Positions 29,333 to 39,716 of a stretch of DNA of 53,007 nt are shown piece after piece (within the stretch, counting starts at the first letter, position 1; each line of letters opens with the position of its first letter). Source of the DNA: a virus; IMG/VR virus record IMGVR_UViG_3300020047_004354, positions 1 to 53,007 of that record. One strand, 5' to 3'. The notes under the pieces are model-generated. The model searched no databases, was not told the DNA's origin, and saw only the letters and a program-made list of their open reading frames with translations. The position numbers and the translations under genes were made by a program.

Positions 29333-30414
29333 TATTTCCAAAATTATACAAATATACGAGTAAAGGTCAGCAGCAATCATGGCAAATATTTACAAGTGGT
29401 AATTTATATTGGACAGAAGAAGGAATTCATATTCTAACAAAATCTGAACCTACTGTATGTACTGGTAAGAATATTGGTAGATCAAATGAAACTACTGATG
29501 TACAACAAGCAATACTTGAGGCTACTGCTAAATTTCAAAAGAAGTTAGATAAAGGTTATAATGAAGTTCTTACAACAGATAAGAAATTCTTTGAACCCAT
29601 GTTAGCATTTGAATTAAAACAGTATGAAAAACTATTGTTTACAGTTCCAACATTTGTTCAACCTAAGTTAGATGGTGTAAGATGTATTCTTAAAGACGGT
29701 AAACTAACTACAAGAGCAGGTAAGTCTATTGTAAGTTGTCCTCATTTAGAAATTGATGCTTTCTTTTTTGATGGTGAACTTTATTGTAATGAATTGAAGA
29801 ATAATTTTAATAAAATTATCAGCCTTGTTAGAAAGACTAAACCAAATCAAGAAGATTTAGAAGAATCTAAAAATCTAATACAATACTGGGCTTATGATAA
29901 TCCTGCTTTTGAAGGTACCTTTTCTCAAAGATATGCAAGGTTAGCAAGACAACTAGATGTTAATTTTGAAAGATCAGAACTGGGTAAATATATTAAACTT
30001 GTTCCTGTATATGAGGTAAAATCTATGGAAGAGATTAATAAATATCATGCTCAATTTCTTGAAGAAGGATATGAAGGTACTATGATTAGAATGGATTTAG
30101 GAAGATATGAGAATAAAAGAAGTAAACAGTTATTGAAGTATAAAAACTTTCAAGATGCTGAATTTCTAATATTAGATGTAAAGACAGGCACAGGAAATAG
30201 AGCAAATGTAGCAAATGTATTAACTGTGCAATTACCAAATAATATTACTTGTGATGTTACTATGACAGGAACAATGGAGTTTATGGCTCAAGTACTTAAA
30301 GATAAGAATGAAGTAATTGGTAAGTATGCTACAGTGAAATATTTTAGTATGACCGAAGATAATAAATTAAGATTTCCAACATTAAAAAATATAATTAATT
30401 ATGAATCAAAGTAA
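29329..30414 (+). CDS. ATP-dependent DNA ligase
   Basis: FVQPKLDGVRC (motif I), FFDGELYC, EGYEGTMIR, LLKYKNFQDAEF. Confidence 0.88.
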   Translation: MIFPKLYKYTSKGQQQSWQIFTSGNLYWTEEGIHILTKSEPTVCTGKNIGRSNETTDVQQAILEATAKFQKKLDKGYNEVLTTDKKFFEPMLAFELKQYEKLLFTVPTFVQPKLDGVRCILKDGKLTTRAGKSIVSCPHLEIDAFFFDGELYCNELKNNFNKIISLVRKTKPNQEDLEESKNLIQYWAYDNPAFEGTFSQRYARLARQLDVNFERSELGKYIKLVPVYEVKSMEEINKYHAQFLEEGYEGTMIRMDLGRYENKRSKQLLKYKNFQDAEFLILDVKTGTGNRANVANVLTVQLPNNITCDVTMTGTMEFMAQVLKDKNEVIGKYATVKYFSMTEDNKLRFPTLKNIINYESK

Positions 30415-31024
30415 AATTGAATTAGCATTATCAGCATTAGAAGTTTATTTCACAGATCATGATTCTGTGACTACACTTGAGTTTAAAGAATATCTTCGTA
30501 CATTACATCCAGATCTTAAATGGAGTCAATCAGATGTATCATTATTTATGATGAATGTAGATGGACTGTTCTTTACAGATAATGGTACCTTTAGAACGTA
30601 TTATCCTATTAAGAATGATGTAAAGGTTAATCAGACTATTCTTGAATCTATTTGCTTAGAATTTGACCAGACTGGTATAGATATTACAAAAACTAATCTC
30701 AAGTCTAGACTTAGAGAAGATGATGTAAATCTTGATGATTTTAAAGATGTATTTAATAGTATGAACTTTACTCATACAGGTAAATATACTTCTGATAACC
30801 ATAAGATTTATAAGTTGATTGATACTACTCAACACCTTAGTCAAACTAAAGGCGAAGTAATGGATATTAATGATATGAATAAAAATCATATATCTAACAC
30901 ATTACTTAAAAAGTATAGCAATGTTACAGTTGACTATATTTTAAATACTCCTGTTTCAGAAGTAACTGCTTTACTTAAAGCATTCTTTACTTATAACATT
31001 CGTAATTTTGTAAATAAGGATTAA
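30401..31024 (+). CDS. Hypothetical protein
   Basis: 207-codon ORF. Confidence 0.65.
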   Translation: MNQSKIELALSALEVYFTDHDSVTTLEFKEYLRTLHPDLKWSQSDVSLFMMNVDGLFFTDNGTFRTYYPIKNDVKVNQTILESICLEFDQTGIDITKTNLKSRLREDDVNLDDFKDVFNSMNFTHTGKYTSDNHKIYKLIDTTQHLSQTKGEVMDINDMNKNHISNTLLKKYSNVTVDYILNTPVSEVTALLKAFFTYNIRNFVNKD

Positions 31025-32163
31025 TGAAAAGTCCAGTAGAACTTATAATGGTTTCCTCTGAAAATAACAATAAGAGGTATTATATGGTTGATACTGATGA
31101 TGGTAATTTTGCTGTGGAATATGGAAGAATTGGTCAGAATATGACCAAAGAAGTATATCCTATAAGTAGGTGGGATAGTAAGTATAGAGAGAAGATCAAA
31201 AAAGGATACAGAGATGTATCTGACCTTAAAGTAGAATCTAAGGAAGGTGAAATTAGTTTTGATTCAATTGATATTGAACATTTCTATAAAACCTTTCTTA
31301 GATATACTAAGGAGAATGTTGGTAGAAACTATACTATTCAAGTAGGGGCAGTTACTAAAATAATGTTATCAGAAGCACAAGATGTACTAAATCAAATGCT
31401 ATCTGGTAATGACTTAAATAAATTATTATTAACATTATATACAATTCTTCCAAGAAGAATGGGTAATGTTAAAGATCATATATTTAAAGGTACTGAATCT
31501 GAAAAACAAATTCAAGATAGAATATCTAAAGAACAAGATATTCTTGATTCATTAAGTTCACAAGTAGTTACTAATGTCACAGAAAATCAATCTTTAACAG
31601 ATTTGTTAGGTGCAACTATTACAGAAGAACCTAACTTTGAATTTGTTAATGGTATTATACTTCCTACTAATTCCAGTAAACACAGACCATATAAAGTATA
31701 TAAGATTGAGAATAAAGATAGAAAAGATAAGTTTGATACATGGTTAAATACTCAATCTAATCAACACGTAGAACATTTGATTCATGGTACAAGGAATCCT
31801 AATATCTTTAGTATTCTTAAAGCAGGATTAATTATTAGACCAACTAATGCTGTAATATCTGGTGCTGCTTATGGTGAAGGAATTTATCATTCTGCTCATT
31901 CTGATAAATCATTAGGCTATACTGGTTATGATCCAGATAAACTATTCTTAATTCAAAGAGTTCATATGGGTAATCCATTTACTTATGAAGGATGGTATAG
32001 AGATGGTAAATCAATATCTAGAAGTCAAATGAATTATAATTATTTGAAGTCTATTGGTAATGATTCACTTTATGTAAAACCCGGAGATGGTCTTAGGAAT
32101 AGTGAATATATAGTATTTAATGCAGATCAAACAGATACAAATTATTTGGTATGGATGAAATGA
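31024..32163 (+). CDS. WGR-domain poly(ADP-ribose)polymerase-like ADP-ribosyltransferase
   Basis: N-terminal VEYGRIGQNM (WGR type); C-terminal LIHGTRNPNIFSILKAGL...AYGEGIYHSAHSDKSLGY...RNSEYIVFNADQ matches the PARP H-Y-E pattern. Confidence 0.88.
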   Translation: MKSPVELIMVSSENNNKRYYMVDTDDGNFAVEYGRIGQNMTKEVYPISRWDSKYREKIKKGYRDVSDLKVESKEGEISFDSIDIEHFYKTFLRYTKENVGRNYTIQVGAVTKIMLSEAQDVLNQMLSGNDLNKLLLTLYTILPRRMGNVKDHIFKGTESEKQIQDRISKEQDILDSLSSQVVTNVTENQSLTDLLGATITEEPNFEFVNGIILPTNSSKHRPYKVYKIENKDRKDKFDTWLNTQSNQHVEHLIHGTRNPNIFSILKAGLIIRPTNAVISGAAYGEGIYHSAHSDKSLGYTGYDPDKLFLIQRVHMGNPFTYEGWYRDGKSISRSQMNYNYLKSIGNDSLYVKPGDGLRNSEYIVFNADQTDTNYLVWMK

Positions 32164-32564
32164 GAATAACACCAGAAGATATTACATTAAAGGATATTGG
32201 AGAGGCTGATATATTTGTATTTGGTTCCAATGAATCAGGAATACATGGGGCTGGAGCAGCCTATTTTGCTTTATCATTAGGTGCTGAATTTGGGCAAGGT
32301 TTTGGTTTAATGGGAAATACATTTGGCATTCCTACTAAAGATTGGAACATACAACAACTACCCTTATCTGCTATTATATTTTATGTACACAGGTTTATTG
32401 AATTTGCAATAGTCAATAAAGATTTTAGATTCTATGTAACTAAAATTGGATGTGGGTTAGCAGGTTATACACCAGAACAAATAGCTCCAATGTTTAAAAC
32501 AGCATCTAATATTAACAATATTTATTTACCCTCCGAGTTTTGGGATATAATTAATAAACAATGA
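32151..32564 (+). CDS. Macrodomain-like phage protein
   Basis: IFVFGSNESGIHGAGAAYFALSLGAEFGQGFGLMGNTFGIPTKD ... ITKIGCGLAGY glycine-rich pattern. Confidence 0.55.
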   Translation: MDEMRITPEDITLKDIGEADIFVFGSNESGIHGAGAAYFALSLGAEFGQGFGLMGNTFGIPTKDWNIQQLPLSAIIFYVHRFIEFAIVNKDFRFYVTKIGCGLAGYTPEQIAPMFKTASNINNIYLPSEFWDIINKQ

Positions 32565-32782
32565 CAGCAAAAGAATTTATAGGTGATGCTAAAATTTATT
32601 TTGATCCAATACAATTTAATATTGTTTTAAATTTAATGGAAGGATATTCTAAACATATGTGTGAAAAGCAAAGAGAAATTTGTGCTGAAAGTATAGAAGA
32701 TAATAGTGTTTGTTGGAATAAAGATTTTCCTTTACATCAAGATTCAATAATCAATTCACCATTACCAGAAGAATTACAATGA
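32561..32782 (+). CDS. Hypothetical protein
   Basis: 73-codon ORF. Confidence 0.55.
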   Translation: MTAKEFIGDAKIYFDPIQFNIVLNLMEGYSKHMCEKQREICAESIEDNSVCWNKDFPLHQDSIINSPLPEELQ

Positions 32783-32852
32783 AGAAATTAATTAATTACT
32801 TTGGTAAAGTATGTAACAGATACTTTAAACCAATTTTTAAATGTACTTGTAA

Positions 32853-33056
32853 ATGAAAGTAATAACAAGAAATGTAATAGCACAGTCTGATATTCCACAA
32901 GAATTAATTGAAGGTCATTGGTTATCAGAAATGCAGCCAGATGCTTATTACACGTATATGATTAATACAGAGAATCCCAATAACTTAGATAAGTGGTTTA
33001 TTGAGAATTATTCTCAACTTATTGGATATGCTTTTTTAATTGAAATTGATTACTAA
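32853..33056 (+). CDS. Hypothetical protein
   Basis: 67-codon ORF. Confidence 0.55.
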   Translation: MKVITRNVIAQSDIPQELIEGHWLSEMQPDAYYTYMINTENPNNLDKWFIENYSQLIGYAFLIEIDY

Positions 33057-33057
33057 T

Positions 33058-33777
33058 ATGAAAATAGGTTATAAAGGACTAGATAAGAATTTATGTCCAA
33101 ATTCAGGAAGTCAAAAGTCAAAAGAAATATCATATGATTTAACTCAAGTATATACAATTGATTCTGACAAACAACTAAAACTTTGCACTGACACAGGATT
33201 TCATTATTGTAATAAATTATCTGATGTTTTTACATATTATTCTTTGAATAAAAACAATAGGTATTTTGAAATAGAAATACTTGGGGAACATCTTGATGGT
33301 GGAGACAAAAGTATTACAAAAAGTTTTAGATTTATAAGAGAAGTCACTAAAGAAGAAATTACTAATAGTCTAAAGCAGAAATCTTTTAAACAAGTATTGG
33401 ATGTTTTAAAGAAACTTCAAGAAGAATATCCATTATCTCATGTTGCTGGTTCTGTAGGACTATTCTTACATGGTGCTTGGATAGACAGATGGAATGGAAG
33501 TCATAAAGATATTGACATCATTCTTCCATATTATATGCAAATTGCTGAAGGAACACAACTTAAGAAATCGGGTAATGATTTTGATTATTGTGTAGATTAT
33601 GATGGATTCAAATGTGATATTAAAATTGATCCTAAACAACAATATTCTATTATTGAATATGAAGGGTTCAAATATAAAGTATCAAGAATGGAAAATATAC
33701 TTGAAGCAAAGATTAGATATGCTCTTGGCGGAGATACAAAACATCAACAAGATATTAAAAGTATGATTTGCAGATGA
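33058..33777 (+). CDS. Nucleotidyltransferase-fold-like protein
   Basis: VAGSVGLFLHGAWIDRWNGSHKDIDIILPYY...FKCDIKID resembles GSx..DxD...D of the NTase fold; start approximate. Confidence 0.5.
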   Translation: MKIGYKGLDKNLCPNSGSQKSKEISYDLTQVYTIDSDKQLKLCTDTGFHYCNKLSDVFTYYSLNKNNRYFEIEILGEHLDGGDKSITKSFRFIREVTKEEITNSLKQKSFKQVLDVLKKLQEEYPLSHVAGSVGLFLHGAWIDRWNGSHKDIDIILPYYMQIAEGTQLKKSGNDFDYCVDYDGFKCDIKIDPKQQYSIIEYEGFKYKVSRMENILEAKIRYALGGDTKHQQDIKSMICR

Positions 33778-33909
33778 ATATAGGTCAATTAATAGAATTC
33801 TGTTCAACTTGTACAGAAGATGAGTTATTTGCTTATTGTAGATTAATGGTTCAACAACATTATTTAGACGAACAATTTAAAAGATTTTATGAAAGTAAAA
33901 CATAATAAA
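33775..33909 (+). CDS. Small hypothetical protein (MNIGQLIEFCSTCTEDELFAYCRLMVQQHYLDEQFKRFYESKT)
   Basis: Short ORF; coordinates approximate. Confidence 0.35.
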
Positions 33910-34422
33910 TTAGTGCACTTTCCAATTCCACCAATGTTACCATTTCAGAGATGTGATAATGTTATCAGAGGAACCTTTCTGTTTACAGAAGATTCTAAGT
34001 ATTATCTAAACAATGAGAATCAGGGTGATTGGAATAAAATGATTGGTATTAAGTCAGGATTATTCAGTCAAATCAAAGATGGAAGAATGATTGTTTGGAA
34101 CTATGATTCTGAATTAGATAAATTCTTTGTAACATTATATGTACATGGTGGATCTGATTGGGGAAATACTGTAGAAACTACTGGATATAGAGTTGGTTCT
34201 GGAAATGCTTTTGTATGTCATAGGAAGATCGAATGTTTGATTAACAAGACATATGACTTTTCAATCAGCAGTAACTATTCGCAGTCCATATTATATGTCG
34301 GAGATTATGGTGTAAGTCTGAAAAACAAGAATACTAGTTCTGATAGGAAGTATATCATTACTCCTTGGTTTGGTGGACAAGAAAAAGCAAAGTGTTCATA
34401 TACATTAAACATTCACAAATAA
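33889..34422 (+). CDS. Hypothetical protein
   Basis: 177-codon ORF. Confidence 0.65.
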   Translation: MKVKHNKLVHFPIPPMLPFQRCDNVIRGTFLFTEDSKYYLNNENQGDWNKMIGIKSGLFSQIKDGRMIVWNYDSELDKFFVTLYVHGGSDWGNTVETTGYRVGSGNAFVCHRKIECLINKTYDFSISSNYSQSILYVGDYGVSLKNKNTSSDRKYIITPWFGGQEKAKCSYTLNIHK

Positions 34423-34424
34423 AA

Positions 34425-34850
34425 ATGAAATATTACTTACTTACATTTAATGAAGATTGGGCAGATGAACATAATGTTCCTGCCCTTGCTTGTTTTACCG
34501 AAGAACAATATCAACAATGGTTAGAACGTCCTTCTGGTAAATTAAATAAAAATTATGAACAGGAGTTAGAAGAATGGTATAATACTAATAAGGTAGAATA
34601 TAGATCTATTCATAATTCTCCACAAAAAGTATCTTCTTATATAAATGCTTATTTAGGAAATGGGGGAGATTGTTTTGGAGAAAGTTTTTCTGATTTATAT
34701 TTAATGAAAGAATTTGTTGCTGATGGTACTGTAAAAGTATTAGAAGTAGATAAATCATTCTTTGATTATTTTCATAAAGCAGAATTAGATGATCTATCTT
34801 TGAGTAATATTTTTAGTGAAGATATTGCAGATTGGCATGATGAACAATAA
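34425..34850 (+). CDS. Hypothetical protein (MKYYLLTFNEDWADEHNV...)
   Basis: ORF; start chosen after the track start. Confidence 0.65.
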   Translation: MKYYLLTFNEDWADEHNVPALACFTEEQYQQWLERPSGKLNKNYEQELEEWYNTNKVEYRSIHNSPQKVSSYINAYLGNGGDCFGESFSDLYLMKEFVADGTVKVLEVDKSFFDYFHKAELDDLSLSNIFSEDIADWHDEQ

Positions 34851-34853
34851 ACA

Positions 34854-34892
34854 AAAATACCCCTCACAGCACTAAGCCATGAGGGGTATTTA
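34854..34892 (+). terminator. Intrinsic terminator hairpin
   Basis: AAATACCCCTCA-...-TGAGGGGTATTT. Confidence 0.75.
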
Positions 34893-34904
34893 TAACTAAA
34901 TTAC

Positions 34905-35258
34905 ATGCCACAAGAAAGAATTAAATACTATGGTTCATTTACTTATAATGAACGATTTAAAAGATCAGAGTATAAATTATTTGATCCTGTTAATAACACA
35001 AGTTTACCACAAGTGGTAATTAAAGGAACGAAAGAAGAAGGTTGGTTAGAATATGGTAAAGCACAAAAGGAATATTATATAAAATATCCTAGACTATTAC
35101 CTAAAGGAATTACTGTAACAGCAGAAAATAAAAGTAATAATTTTCAGTTGTGTTTGTATATTCCTAATTCAGACAGTGTAATATTTCTTGATTCTTTTGT
35201 TACTGTTCAAGATGCTATTAGATTCAAAAAAGAATTGTTTGCTTTGAATGTAGAATAA
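34905..35258 (+). CDS. Hypothetical protein
   Basis: 117-codon ORF, last + gene before the strand switch. Confidence 0.65.
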   Translation: MPQERIKYYGSFTYNERFKRSEYKLFDPVNNTSLPQVVIKGTKEEGWLEYGKAQKEYYIKYPRLLPKGITVTAENKSNNFQLCLYIPNSDSVIFLDSFVTVQDAIRFKKELFALNVE

Positions 35259-35259
35259 A

Positions 35260-35289
35260 TTTAGTACCAGAGTAAAATCTGGTACTAAA
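35260..35289. terminator. Bidirectional terminator at convergent junction
   Basis: Perfect 12-bp stem TTTAGTACCAGA / TCTGGTACTAAA between converging genes. Confidence 0.75.
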
Positions 35290-35323
35290 AAATTTGACCT
35301 TCTGTATTAATTTTTGGCATGGT

Positions 35324-38300
35324 TTATTTGTATTGTTGTCCGCTATCTTCTCTGAATGTATCAAATAATCCGCAATATATTTCCACCGGGTATAAATGAG
35401 GTTAAATAATAACCTCTACCAGTGGGGTCATCTTTTGTTTTGCCTGTACTAAGAATATCATCCTCACCAACAACCACATCTCTTGTCTCATCTAAAAAGT
35501 TCTTAATACCTTTCCATAATTGAGTAACAAGACCAGTCATAGGGATAGGCGTTTGAATCATTTTTGTGAAATCTATAGGATTAAAAACAAAAGACATTTC
35601 TTGGTTTGTTTTATAAATCATTGCTGCCAACTTTCTTGTAAGTATATTGGTTTTGTATAAAGCAATTCCATCATCGTCGAAATCTGAACCAAGTAAAAAT
35701 ATTAATCCTGCAAAGGCCAAAAGTATTCTAAGTTCAATAATAACACTATAAAGTTGTTTAGATTGTATGTCAGAAAATTCTTGGAACGTAACTTTATCAC
35801 GGTATTGAGGATTATCTTCTAACCACTGCTCAAAGATTAATTGTTTAGCATGAATATCATTCATTTTTCCAAAGAAAGATAAATGACGTATAAATTGGCC
35901 CAATTTTGGAAGTAATATTTCTGATAAGAATTTCCTACGAATCAAGTCTGAAATTTTCCACTCTCCCAACTCTGCTGAAAGTGCGACATATCTTCCCATA
36001 TAAACACTATCTATACGACTATCATACTTAATCTTACCAAATCTTTCAAATAAAATACCCGGCATCCAAGACTTAAACTGCATCATTAAAGTACCAACTA
36101 ATGTTGATTGCCAATATGCTTTATCTTCTTCTGGAATAGTACCTTTAATTTGGGATTGACCTGCTTGTACGGCTCTTCTAAATGCAATAAAAGCATTCTT
36201 AAATTGATCTTCAGTTAAATTAAGTTTAGGAACACCATCATTGTATTCAAACAGATTCCATATAGATCTATCTTTAAATTTAGTTCTATCTTCTTCAGAC
36301 TTAAATCTTCTGAAATTACCTTGATTATCAATATAGAAATTCTTAGCCATTGATGCTGTAATAATTTCTTCAATATATTCATCGCCAATACTGAATGGAC
36401 GCATTACCATTCTACTATTTACATATTGATTAACCCAACCTCTCATACTAGCATCACCAATATCAATTGATCCATATTGTTTTTCTGCTAATTGAGGATC
36501 TCTAACTCTATGTGCCATTGGATCAAAGAAAGCATTAATAGCAAGTAACTTTGATCTATCCTGAACCATATCTTTTAGAGATTGTTTATAATCTTCAGAA
36601 GTATAAAGAATACCTTTATTACCTTGAATCATTGCTTGAATTTTAGCAGATACAAAAGAACCAGCAGCAGCAATAAAGTTAAAACCTAATGCTTTTAAAG
36701 AGAAATATTCTTTTGCTTTAAGTAACATCTTTTCTGCCTTACCATCCTTCTCAAATAATTCAGGTTTCATATTAATACCATATAAGTACATATCAACAAA
36801 TGATTGATACAGTTTAGGTATTTCAGTTTCTTTAATATTCTTAGTTAAAGGATTACCTAACTGATCTCTTTGTACTTTACCTGACCTAGTAATTAATTCC
36901 TCACCTCGTTCACTCAAGAACTCTTTAAGCATAATTACCTGTGCTTCTATCTGACTCATTTCAGAATAGTTTAATGCCATATTTGCAAACAGCATTAATG
37001 ACCTACCAAACTGATATGACTTCTCACCAACAATAATTTTATTATCAGCATCTTTAAAAGGATTTAAATAAAATTTAGGAATAGACTGTCTATTATCAAA
37101 TGATCCAGTATCATCTAAATCATCCTCTCTAATTTTAAAGTCTTTAACAAAATCTTTAACTCCTGATAATGTACCTACACCAGCACCAAATTCATCAACT
37201 CTTTCAGCAAAATTCTTTCTAATATTCGGAAGAAAGTTGTTAGGTAAATTCTTATATTCAACACCTAATAAACTTCTAAACTCTTTATTATACTTTTCAA
37301 ACATATCATAGTATTCCTTAAGTTCAGGAATAGATTGAATATATAAATATTCTTTTCTAAACTCTCCATCTTTAATATCTAAGTATTGTTTAATCTTATA
37401 ATTCTCCCAAGCATCTGGATATTTTGCTTTACCGTCAATTATTTCAAGATTATTATATTTAATAAAAGTTCTTTCTAATTCTTCTTTAACAGATTTATCT
37501 GTTGCTAAAGGATCTTCTCTTAACCTTGCTTCTCTTTTTGCAAGTTGTTCATCATACCATGCTTGATATTCAGGTTTAATAGAATAGAAATTAGGTAAAT
37601 CTTCAGATTTAGAATCAAATAAAGACTTAGTATATTCTTCAGAATACTTAGACCAGAAATTATCATTGTTAGGATTAATCATAATCTTGATTAAATCCTT
37701 TCTTGATTTACCTTGATTATTTAACCAATTAAATACTTTATTCTCTTTAGTCTGTACTTCATTAAATATTTCTTCTAGTCTTTGTTTCTTATTAAAATTA
37801 ACCTCATCTAATAATTGTCTTAACGTTTGAAATACAGGATTATTAAATTGACTTAATTGATAAAACTTTTCACCAAAGAATCCTTCTGTATGAAATGGTA
37901 ATACATCACCTGTTTCATTAGTAATGTTGAGTCCTGTAGATTGTTGAATTAATGCTACTGCTTGCTCATGTAGAATTTCAGTTAAATCTTCATATCTATC
38001 ATTAAGTTCAGATATAATTACATTAATCTCTGCTTCCATTTTATCAGCAATATCCTTACCACCTTGTACTTCTTTTTTAAGATAGTTTCTATATTCATAA
38101 GTAGACTTACTTAAAGATTCAAGCATAGCAATTTCATTCCTCAAATCCATTAATTCATCAATAGACATATTACCTAACTCTGCTTTTCTTAATTCTTCAT
38201 TAAGTTCTTGAGCATATTTAACAATTTTATTGAGACTATGATTAATAAGAATATCTTTCTTACCAGCAATTAAACCATCAATTCTATTAACTAATCTTTC

Positions 38301-39338
38301 TCTTTCTTCTTTATCTTTAGTATTCTGTAATTTAGATTCTAACAAAGTAATTCTACTTTGAACATTCTGAATAAACTCATCTAAAGTATTAAATCCTGTC
38401 TTTTCAGCAAATGGTCTTATTTGTTCTAATAGTGGATCTTGTCCTGGAAACTTAACATTACTGACTATAGGACTGAATTTACCCTTGTTAAAAGGTACAG
38501 ACATAGTAACTGGAATAATAGCAGAACTAGCAACACCTTTAAAACCAAACGATCTTTGAAGTATTGTACCGTATGTACCTATTTGATATTCATGCTTCTG
38601 ATTATCATAATAACCAAATAGTTTCTTCATAGAAACAATATTACCAAATTCATCTAACTTTTTACCTGTAGGAATTTTAGTTTTATAATCTCTAATAACA
38701 ACAGTCTTATCAGATAAAATTGCTAAGAAGTCGATAGTACCACCAACATCATGTTTAGCATCAATTACCTTCTGTTCTAATCTAAATATAGGAATATTAT
38801 CAACTTTAGTTTTATTGTTAATTCTATTCTGCCTTCTATAAACATCTTGTAATAAATGTACTACACCACTTAATATATTAGGTAAAGAATCATCATTCTT
38901 ATTAACAGATCGACCATATAACGACTCTATTTTTTTTAGACCTTCTGTGGATACATCATTAATTGTAAGATTCTTAAGAATACTTAATGCTTGTTTTGTA
39001 GACTTACCATCAAGCATTCTTAATACCTCTATCATTAATGTTTCATTAATATCATGGATAAAATTACCAATTTCTGCTTGCTCATTAAATTGTTCTACTT
39101 GTTCAGGAGTAAAATTCTTTTTTCTCTTATCTTTCTTTTGAGCATCCTCGGATACAGACTTACTAACTCCTACATCAGAGTCAATAAGTTTATATCCCAT
39201 ATCATCTTTAATAAAATTATTTTGAATATAATCTAATCTTTCTACTAACTGTTCTACAGTATCAGAATCAGAAAATCTAAATAAGGCTTTATGGTTTTTT
39301 AGAGAATTAATTAAATCTTCTTTTGTTAGACAACTCAT
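35324..39338 (-). CDS. Giant late protein with PD-(D/E)XK-like nuclease region; C-terminus extended by +1 shift at sense CGG (C = + position 35372)
   Basis: KHDVGGTIDFLAILSDKTVVIRDYKTK; end reads ...FIPGGNIL-[C]-GLFDTFREDSGQQYK*. Confidence 0.75.
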
Positions 39339-39716
39339 CTTAAGTTCTTTAATTTATATAATACTGTTGCTGTTAATTCTGTGGCATCATCTATTAACTG
39401 AAGCAAATGACCTTCAGTAAATTCTTTTTTCATTCCTGAAATTTCATTATGAAGAGATTCAACATTACTAATTACATCACCAGACCACAAGGCTCCTAAT
39501 GTATAACCATTAAGAATACCTTGAGTTCCGTTGAGCAGATTCAGCGAAACTATCTGCTATATCTAAAATACCTTCATATAACTCATTCAATGCTATATGT
39601 TGTGCATAAGATTTAGTTTGTAGATGTGCTATATGAGCATTGGTTCTTGCATTAAATAATAATGATACTAATTTAGTATATTTTGCTTTACCAAGCAGGT
39701 TTGTTATGTTTGTCAT
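39335..39716 (-). CDS. Small late protein, +1 shift at sense CGG (C = + position 39530)
   Basis: ...ADSFAESAQ-[C]-GTQGILNGYTLGALWSGDVISNVESLHNEISGMKKEFTEGHLLQLIDDATELTATVLYKLKNLR*; the stop overlaps the next ATG (ATGA). Confidence 0.7.

Noticed and set aside
39425-39432. Possible homopolymer A-run frameshift in the small late gene
   Set aside because: Coordinates and the 3n+1 gene length are satisfied by the single CGG shift alone; the run is consistent with an uninterrupted frame.
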